A model generated the notes under the pieces. It was not told the origin of the DNA, did no database searches, and saw only the letters and a program-made list of their open reading frames with translations. A DNA stretch of 64,000 nt from a virus (Duplodnaviria > Caudoviricetes): positions 128,001 to 192,000 of IMG/VR virus record IMGVR_UViG_3300021387_000796; one strand, 5' to 3'. Positions 19,241-25,640 of this stretch are shown piece by piece. How positions within the stretch are numbered: the first letter of the stretch is position 1; each line of letters starts with the position of its first letter. The translations under genes and the position numbers were made by a program.

Positions 19241-19292
19241 ATTTTATCTCCATATTATTCGTTCATATTTTAAAGTATGTTTGATATTATTT

Positions 19293-19796
19293 TTATCTGA
19301 AAATTGAAAAATCTATCTTAAACTTCCAATTTTTCTTTGATGAAAAGAAATCTTCGGCATCGTTCATCATTGTAATACCACGCTCAGCGTCTAAGAGTTT
19401 ATAAGGTGAATCACCTTCATTCTTTTGCCAATAATAGAAATCTACACTATCAGCATTAGATTCGCCAACAATAAATGATTCTTGGTCATATCCATTATAT
19501 CCAAATATCTCTTCCGCAATATCTATATCAAGATTTGGAAGAATGTATGAGTTTTCTTTATTACCATACGAACCGACAATTTTGATAAATGGTATATGAA
19601 GTTCATTCATTTCCGATTCAAATTCATCACAACGAATTTTATTTTCTTTTGAACTCAATCTTTGACCCATTGGATTTTCAGGTGTTCCTATAACAAATTG
19701 CTTTATTCTAGGGTCTTTACCTAAAAGAATTGTTTTCAAACGAGTCATTGTATTTTCTGTTAAACTTTCATTCAAATATAATATTTCTGATTTCAT
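19293..19796 (-). CDS. probable SAM lyase (T3 SAMase / DUF3293-like)
   Basis: TPENP..S..EN..R, V.G.Y...E.SY, Y.QES.I pattern; start MKSEIL after GAGG. Confidence 0.55.
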   Translation of the reverse strand: MKSEILYLNESLTENTMTRLKTILLGKDPRIKQFVIGTPENPMGQRLSSKENKIRCDEFESEMNELHIPFIKIVGSYGNKENSYILPNLDIDIAEEIFGYNGYDQESFIVGESNADSVDFYYWQKNEGDSPYKLLDAERGITMMNDAEDFFSSKKNWKFKIDFSIFR

Positions 19797-19820
19797 AATT
19801 TTTACCTCAAATAAAAATAG

Positions 19821-19852
19821 TTGTGGTGGAATTAAAAAAAACTCCACCACAA
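19821..19852 (-). terminator. hairpin/terminator
   Basis: TTGTGGTGGA/TCCACCACAA. Confidence 0.6.
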
Positions 19853-19857
19853 ATTAC

Positions 19858-20040
19858 CTATTTATTTTGAGAATTATACTTTTTTATAATTTCCGCAAAA
19901 TCAAGGTCAGTTCCATACATTTCATTATACACTTTTGCTAATATTGAAAATGGAGAGTTCACTTCAAACTCTTTACCATTTACAGAAACAACCGCACTAG
20001 CGATTTTGCTTTTAACAAGTTTAATATTAACATCTTTCAT
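19858..20040 (-). CDS. hypothetical protein
   Basis: AGGAGG SD; promoter 20062-20090 (TTGACA-N17-TATTAT). Confidence 0.75.
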   Translation of the reverse strand: MKDVNIKLVKSKIASAVVSVNGKEFEVNSPFSILAKVYNEMYGTDLDFAEIIKKYNSQNK

Positions 20041-20203
20041 GGCAGACCTCCTCTACGAAAAATAATATCACAGTCATGTATATTTGTCAAGTAAAATTAT
20101 AATTTAATCTTTAAATTTATTATATTTTTGTTCTGTTCCAATCCAACCGATAAATACACCTAGAAAGAACATAACCATTATAATCAAAACAATACCCATA
20201 ATT

Positions 20204-20620
20204 TTAATCCTTCAAACTTTTCAAAGTAATTGCCTTCGATTCTGTTACGCTCTTATACTTGTTGATTAAGTCACCACGACCACAAAGTTTGATAGCCTTT
20301 TCAGTAACAGTAAATCCTTTACGACATTCTTCATCTGTAAGTTCATCTACAATTTTACTATCCAAACTTGATGATTTCTTGATAGAAAGTTCAAGTGATT
20401 TTCCGAACTCTTTATTTTCCCACAATGTAGGATTTTCGACTTTATTTTTCAATTCTTCATCACAAACTTTAATGAATGCTTCCGCTTTTTCTTTGATAAT
20501 AGAAACAAGAATTCTTTTTCTTGCACATTCTTCATTTGATTCAAATTCCGTAAAATTAACCCATTTGTCATTATCGATTAGTTCTTCAAACAACTTCAAC
20601 ATTTCTTCTTTCATACACAT
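20204..20620 (-). CDS. hypothetical phage protein
   Basis: AAGGAG SD. Confidence 0.75.
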   Translation of the reverse strand: MCMKEEMLKLFEELIDNDKWVNFTEFESNEECARKRILVSIIKEKAEAFIKVCDEELKNKVENPTLWENKEFGKSLELSIKKSSSLDSKIVDELTDEECRKGFTVTEKAIKLCGRGDLINKYKSVTESKAITLKSLKD

Positions 20621-20626
20621 ATCTCC

Positions 20627-20974
20627 TTATTTATTGTTCATCTCTTTAATCAAATCAATTAAAGCATTAGTTCCATCTTCATCGCATTCTTGATTTGCCT
20701 TTTTATCGCTGAATTTAATTAATTCAGTAATGTATTTATCTACTTCTTCTCTACTTCCACAACCTAAATCCATAAATTCTTTCACTTGTCGCTCATAGAT
20801 TTCTTGATATGGATTAGGTTTATATTTGTTCTTGTAGAAGGTCTTCACTGCATACATCATTGATTCAATCATTCCATCAAATTCAGTTTTATTGTCATCG
20901 TTTTGATGTACCCAATCGGAAATTCCATTTGGGATAGAAACACTAACTCCACTTATATCTATTGTCATTTTCAC
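20627..20974 (-). CDS. hypothetical protein
   Basis: overlap-coupled to the RNA ligase. Confidence 0.7.
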   Translation of the reverse strand: MKMTIDISGVSVSIPNGISDWVHQNDDNKTEFDGMIESMMYAVKTFYKNKYKPNPYQEIYERQVKEFMDLGCGSREEVDKYITELIKFSDKKANQECDEDGTNALIDLIKEMNNK

Positions 20975-21633
20975 TCCTTATAATCCTTGATTCCATCTAC
21001 AAAATCTTTTACCTTGATTTTGCAGATTACACGACTACCATTATTGTCATACAATTCTATTGGTGAACGCAAAACAAAGCCTTCAAGTTTATAATCTGAA
21101 TTAAGCCAACTCTGTGGACGTGTTTTTACATATTCGATTGCTTTTTTAATTGTCATCATCTCTTCATGAGGATAAATCAAATCAAGTTTCTTTGCAATCT
21201 CAATTACTGATTCACGATTATAAAAAGTTCCATTTTCATTCTGAATGTCGTACATAATGAAGTTTCCATCGGCATACCCATAATGAACATTATAATCTTT
21301 TGAAATTCCTTCACCATAAATTGTAACTGCTTTATCACCAAAGATTTCTTCAATTACAGACTCAAATTCAGAAGTTCCGAACGTCTTATTCAAATATTCC
21401 AAATAACGTGGAGCGAACTGTGATTTATCAGTATGTCCTACAAATGAAATACGTTCTCCATTCCACACAATACCCACTGATGTACCATCAACCTTTTCAG
21501 AAGCATACATCTTGATATTGTTATCATAAAACATCTGAATCCAAGGTTTTGCAAAAATGCTAGTGTCTACCAATCTGTCTTTTGGTGTAGCACGTCCAAA
21601 CGGTGCTGAAATTTTTGGAAAGTTATGAGCCAT
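20971..21633 (-). CDS. RNA ligase (Rnl2-like nucleotidyltransferase domain)
   Basis: SEKVDGTS, IYGEG, FIMYDI, EGFVLR, CKIK. Confidence 0.85.
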   Translation of the reverse strand: MAHNFPKISAPFGRATPKDRLVDTSIFAKPWIQMFYDNNIKMYASEKVDGTSVGIVWNGERISFVGHTDKSQFAPRYLEYLNKTFGTSEFESVIEEIFGDKAVTIYGEGISKDYNVHYGYADGNFIMYDIQNENGTFYNRESVIEIAKKLDLIYPHEEMMTIKKAIEYVKTRPQSWLNSDYKLEGFVLRSPIELYDNNGSRVICKIKVKDFVDGIKDYKE

Positions 21634-21634
21634 A

Positions 21635-22729
21635 TTATTTATCCTCCTTGTTATTCTTTTCATATTCTATACATTCGTCTCGCCACATGTCAATCATTCT
21701 TATGATTTCATCAACTGTATAATATCGTTCCGATAAGTCTATTATTTTATTCAAACAATCACCTAGTAAAGTGTAGTTGTGCCATATAACCCACTTTTCG
21801 AAGAAGAACTTTCTCTGTAGATTTCGGAATACTTTCTTTAATCCCCACATAAAGTTTACTTTCTTCCATTCCTTTCCACGAAGTCTTTGATTACACTTGA
21901 AAACCCATTTCAAATTCTTGATTGGAATTGTCGGAACAAGTTCTATCCCTTTGTAAGAAAGTTTGAAAGTGAACTGTGGGTCTTTATATTCCTTCTTGTA
22001 TTTACCAAAGTTTATCTCTTCATCAAAGAATGATACATAAAACTCCAATTCATTTTCTTCATCACAGATTTCTTTACAAATCCATTCCAATTCTTCACGA
22101 CAATCTTCAATAGATGTGTGTGACCATCGGCAATTTGTGAGTAATCCTACTTTGCCATTCTTTGGATTTACAAACGAAGTGCAACCACCTATATAAGATG
22201 TTGAAAACAATGAAACATCAAAAATGTTTATATCGAGAATGTATGGTTTTGCTCCCCACCAAGATTCCCATTTACTATATCGTTTATGCCAATCTTCTGA
22301 ACTTTCTTCCGCTTTATATTTTGGTCTTCCACACACATCATCAATAATTTTATTCAGCAGACGATTGTTTCCTTGTTCACCAACGATAGAAGTTTCACAT
22401 CGCATGATAATTTCGTTTCGTAAATTTTTATCTTTGATGTAAAATGGTTTTCCGTCTTTTCCACTTATTGCTACGGATGCCCATTTATCAGAAGGAATAA
22501 ATTGAAAGAGTTCGTCAATCATAGAATAATTTCCGTCTGACCTAGGATGAAGATGAATGTAATTTTCATCATGTAAATCCATATCTTTGATATCCGAATA
22601 AAATATTTTATCAATTTTCACCTTGCATAACGCTTCCTTAAAACAATTCATGGTCTGTTGAGAATTTATGAAATGAATTTGTTTATCGTTGATTGATTCA
22701 ACTGCATCATTATAACATACAAAGTTCAT
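21635..22729 (-). CDS. hypothetical protein
   Basis: 364-aa ORF, AGGAG SD. Confidence 0.8.
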   Translation of the reverse strand: MNFVCYNDAVESINDKQIHFINSQQTMNCFKEALCKVKIDKIFYSDIKDMDLHDENYIHLHPRSDGNYSMIDELFQFIPSDKWASVAISGKDGKPFYIKDKNLRNEIIMRCETSIVGEQGNNRLLNKIIDDVCGRPKYKAEESSEDWHKRYSKWESWWGAKPYILDINIFDVSLFSTSYIGGCTSFVNPKNGKVGLLTNCRWSHTSIEDCREELEWICKEICDEENELEFYVSFFDEEINFGKYKKEYKDPQFTFKLSYKGIELVPTIPIKNLKWVFKCNQRLRGKEWKKVNFMWGLKKVFRNLQRKFFFEKWVIWHNYTLLGDCLNKIIDLSERYYTVDEIIRMIDMWRDECIEYEKNNKEDK

Positions 22730-22737
22730 ATTTACTC

Positions 22738-23616
22738 CTATTTATCTCCACCTTCAATTCCAAAGTGATAAGCGATTTTATTAGAATCATCGCCAAACAA
22801 CTGATTAAACATATCTCGCATAGATTTCTTTTCTGATTCATAATTCCCAAACTTTTCGTGCAACCAATCATCAAACTTGAATACATTAAAAATTGGTCTA
22901 TTCATAATCATACTCATCTGTATATCTGCAAGATTTCGAACAACTTTATGAGGAACACCTTTATCTGTGAGTGCATTAGCCATATCAGACCATGAATAAA
23001 GTTTTTCAATATTTTTCTGATAAGTTCCACTCTTATGAAAAAGTTCATTGTTTTCTATTGTGATTTGATAATCGTTATTTGAAGCAATCGGCATAAACAA
23101 CATCATGTTCAAAACATCATCATTCAGAATATCGTTACTGTAAACTTCAATCATAATATTCTTTGTTATGTCTTCTTTATTTACATAAAGTTTGGTTTCA
23201 AGATTTTTATTATCATTGAAAAATTCATTCACTACATGAATAATCGGAACAGAAAGTACAAAATCAAAATCCTTAAAATAAACTTTGTTGCTCAAAGCAT
23301 CTTTATATGAAAGTTCTTTATCAAACAAAGTTTCATTTGCAAGGTAAACTTCTGACCTAAATAATTTACAATCTACTTCAATTAAATTGTCTTTAGAATA
23401 AAGGACTTTTCTGTAATTAAAAGTATGATAATCAAAATCTTTATAAGCATTCTTTTTGAGATATTCTACATCTTTTGATTCATCAAATAGTTCTTTTGAG
23501 ATGACCATAAAACGACCATCTGTAAAAACACATTCTTTTAATTCTTTATTGTGATAAACTTTTGCATAAGTTTCGTGTTTAGAATTACAATACATGTAAT
23601 TTTTGAAATTCTTCAT
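22738..23616 (-). CDS. hypothetical protein
   Basis: AAGGAG SD; promoter 23634-23662 (TTGACA-N17-TATATT). Confidence 0.8.
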   Translation of the reverse strand: MKNFKNYMYCNSKHETYAKVYHNKELKECVFTDGRFMVISKELFDESKDVEYLKKNAYKDFDYHTFNYRKVLYSKDNLIEVDCKLFRSEVYLANETLFDKELSYKDALSNKVYFKDFDFVLSVPIIHVVNEFFNDNKNLETKLYVNKEDITKNIMIEVYSNDILNDDVLNMMLFMPIASNNDYQITIENNELFHKSGTYQKNIEKLYSWSDMANALTDKGVPHKVVRNLADIQMSMIMNRPIFNVFKFDDWLHEKFGNYESEKKSMRDMFNQLFGDDSNKIAYHFGIEGGDK

Positions 23617-23671
23617 ATATACTCCTTATGAAAAATATATCACAGAGAAATTAAATTGTCAAGAATTTTTG

Positions 23672-23830
23672 TTATTTTTCTTGCACTTCTACGAAAGAAA
23701 TTTTCGGCATGGAATAGATGAAAGTTTCTGATTGAGTCGTGACTTTATATGTTTTGGAATTTATATCTCGACTGATTATATCTTGGATTTTGATTTCTTG
23801 TTTATCTGTGAAATGAATAATTATGCTCAA
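23672..23830 (-). CDS. small hypothetical protein
   Basis: TTG start after AGGAG; late-type CAACTATCT motif at 23863-23871. Confidence 0.5.
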   Translation of the reverse strand: MSIIIHFTDKQEIKIQDIISRDINSKTYKVTTQSETFIYSMPKISFVEVQEK

Positions 23831-23872
23831 CTTTCTATCTCCTATTAAAATGGGATATGGGAAAGATAGTTG

Positions 23873-24150
23873 AAAAAAAAAATGCCACCACAAAAGGTAG
23901 CACTCGCTCGATACGGTGAAGTCGTTTAAGGACGCTCGATAGCACACATCCGCTCCGATGAGGAATTTCCTACATCTTGGTCTTAGTCGTTAGACTGCCA
24001 AATAATCTTTCTTCATTTGTTCTTATCGCACATATCTCCCTTCACGCTGAAATATGCTTGGTCAAGAAGCACCATGTCGTTTTTCCGAGATACGATAACT
24101 CACAAACTCATTTGGGTTAGGACGGTAGAGTTTGTTATTTCCAACCATCA
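23873..24150 (-). ncRNA. candidate structured ncRNA (~275 nt) with its own late-type promoter and terminator
   Basis: TAACTATTT at 24154-24162; stems ACAAACTC/GAGTTTGT, TTATCG-TATCTC/GAGATA-CGATAA, GATG-AGGAA/TTCCT-CATC; terminator GTGCTACC/GGTGGCAT plus T run. Confidence 0.6.
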
Positions 24151-24161
24151 AATAAATAGTT

Positions 24162-24236
24162 AAAAAAAAAGAAAACCCTCGAAAATTAATGACTTTCGTG
24201 GGAGGTCGAGTGTGTCATTAACATCAAGGGTTTTCT
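24162..24236 (-). terminator. long terminator-like hairpin with CCTCCCA loop
   Basis: AGAAAACCCT/AGGGTTTTCT and TTAATGAC/GTCATTAA stems, T9 tail. Confidence 0.7.
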
Positions 24237-24239
24237 AAG

Positions 24240-24312
24240 ATTCTCGAAAGGCGATTCGAACGTCTACGGAGGGAGTCAAATTCCCTAATGCTACCATTAC
24301 ATCATTCGAGAA
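24240..24312 (-). tRNA. tRNA-Gln(UUG)
   Basis: acceptor TTCTCGA/TCGAGAA, AGGGA-ATTTGAC-TCCCT, TTCGAAT T-loop; no encoded CCA. Confidence 0.85.
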
Positions 24313-24317
24313 TGTAA

Positions 24318-24382
24318 GGAACTCAACATTTGAAATCATCGAGGGTGGGAGGGGAAATCGATAAATTCAAATGTTTCGTTCC
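24318..24382 (-). ncRNA. hairpin with C-rich CCCCTCCCACCC loop
   Basis: AACATTTGAA/TTCAAATGTT and ATCGA/TCGAT stems. Confidence 0.55.
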
Positions 24383-24404
24383 AATAATAGTTCTATATTT
24401 AATA

Positions 24405-24752
24405 CGAATCAGCCACCACGCTTTTTCGCAAAGAACCCAAAAATAATTATAGTGGAAATGCTTTGGTTTTACAATCCTCATAAGGAAACACCAAAGGCTT
24501 ACATTTCACTACTAGAAGGTTTCCATCTTGTTCACCGTAAATATATTTTCGGTAGGATAGATTGGGTTGCCTACAAACTCTAAAAATTCCCACGCAACGT
24601 TCTCGTTTTAGGTGGCTGAACACTTGCGATTTCTTAACGATAACCACCGAGAAAGGTGACGGCATCACAACACTTTACCCCTTTATACGCCACTTATGGA
24701 CTAGCGTTTCCTTTCTCTTAGTCTCTCCCAACGAATTATTATTTCGCTGATA
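24405..24752 (-). ncRNA. candidate large structured ncRNA (~350 nt)
   Basis: nested stems TCAGCCACC/GGTGGCTGA, AACCCAA/TTGGGTT, TAGTGAAATG/CATTTCCACTA, CTTTGGT/ACCAAAG, GAGAAAGG/CCTTTCTC; GC-richer; no credible ORF. Confidence 0.6.
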
Positions 24753-24756
24753 GTAG

Positions 24757-24839
24757 TAGGAGCGAAGGGAGTTGAACCCTTATCCACCAATTACTCGAAT
24801 TATAACGGACGGTTTATAAGACCGCTGAGATACGCTCCT
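24757..24839 (-). tRNA. D-arm-less tRNA-like RNA, anticodon UAU (Ile)
   Basis: AGGAGCG/CGCTCCT acceptor, GCGGT-CTTATAA-ACCGT arm, AAGGG-TTCAACT-CCCTT T arm, only 7 nt where the D arm should be. Confidence 0.7.
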
Positions 24840-24848
24840 ATATAAAAA

Positions 24849-24922
24849 TGATGCTAGGAAGAATCGAACTTCCGACTTTCTGCTTAGAAGGCAGATATTC
24901 TATCCAACTGAATTATAGCACC
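24849..24922 (-). tRNA. tRNA-Arg(UCU)
   Basis: GGTGCTA/TAGCATC, TCTGC-CTTCTAA-GCAGA, GGAAG-TTCGATT-CTTCC. Confidence 0.93.
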
Positions 24923-24929
24923 TAAATAG

Positions 24930-25017
24930 TACCGAAGATGGGATTTGAACCCATACGTCTTTTTTCAAAAACTACGAATTTTAAGTCCGTTGCGTATTCC
25001 GATTTCGCCACTTCGGC
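24930..25017 (-). tRNA. tRNA-Leu(UAA)
   Basis: GCCGAAG/CTTCGGT, ACGGA-CTTAAAA-TTCGT, long variable arm, ATGGG-TTCAAAT-CCCAT. Confidence 0.93.
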
Positions 25018-25039
25018 TTGTTTTTTTTTATCTTGATAA

Positions 25040-25068
25040 ACTATATCATAAAAAATAAAATTTGTCAA
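25040..25068 (-). promoter_or_regulatory. sigma70-like promoter of the tRNA-Leu/Arg/Ile-like/ncRNA/Gln transcript
   Basis: TTGACA-N17-TATAGT with TG extension. Confidence 0.8.
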
Positions 25069-25186
25069 GAAAACTTTCGCTTTTCAATCAAGGAACTTTG
25101 TCTTTAACCCAAACAGACTTGATTTACTCGACTTGCGGATTTGTTTTAATAATGTTCAAACAATACCACCCAAAAACACTCTTGTA

Positions 25187-25257
25187 TGGAGCATAGATTG
25201 ATTGAAAATCTACCTACTGATTAATCGTCAGTTGTTCTACCGTTGAACTAATGCTCC
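25187..25257 (-). tRNA. aberrant tRNA (Asn-like, loop CGAUUAA, anticodon AUU)
   Basis: GGAGCAT/ATGCTCC, GTTC/GAAC D stem, ACTGA/TCAGT, AGATT-TTCAATC-AATCT; G33 and U53-A61 are non-canonical. Confidence 0.7.
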
Positions 25258-25290
25258 AAAAAATTGTGGGTTATACTCATTTTTCACTAC

Positions 25291-25348
25291 AAGGTCTAGT
25301 TCTAATGATAGATTCGGATAAATGCGAAGAAGGTCTAGTTCTAATGAT
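25291..25348. repeat. 19-bp direct repeat, 2 copies, 20-nt spacer
   Basis: AAGGTCTAGTTCTAATGAT at 25291-25309 and 25330-25348. Confidence 0.85.
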
Positions 25349-25460
25349 TGAACTAGAAAAAGGCAAAATTTCTTCGCAAACCAAATCATATCAATCCCAC
25401 TTCCAACCTTTTCTTGATGATTTCCGTGTGGGGAAACCACTCATCAAGCGTGTTTCGTAT

Positions 25461-25541
25461 TCGGCAAAGAGAGACTTGAACTCTCAATCCTTTCGGAACT
25501 AGATTTTGAGTCTAGCGTGTTTGCCATTCCACCATTTGCCG
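25461..25541 (-). tRNA. tRNA-Leu(CAA)
   Basis: CGGCAAA/TTTGCCG, CTAGA-CTCAAAA-TCTAG, variable arm, GAGAG-TTCAAGT-CTCTC. Confidence 0.9.
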
Positions 25542-25611
25542 AAGACTTGTTTTTGTTCAACGAACTCCGCAAGTCAATAATCACATCAATCGAATAACAT
25601 TTAATAATCAA

Positions 25612-25640
25612 ATATTATCATAAAACAAATAAAATGTCAA
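25612..25640 (-). promoter_or_regulatory. sigma70-like promoter at the head of the RNA island
   Basis: TTGACA-N17-TAATAT with TG extension. Confidence 0.7.

Noticed and set aside
23873-24839. tmRNA (D-armless domain plus a KKDYLAV tag-like peptide)
   Set aside because: The acceptor has G3-C70 rather than G3-U70, the element has a full anticodon arm, and the peptide lies in a separate transcription unit.
25291-25348. Mini CRISPR array
   Set aside because: Only two 19-bp repeats with one 20-nt spacer, shorter than CRISPR units, and no cas genes in the window.
24371-25502. ORF-track ORFs 24371, 24447, 24562, 25237 and 25251
   Set aside because: No SD, atypical composition, and overlap with tRNAs and structured RNA; chance ORFs in GC-richer DNA.
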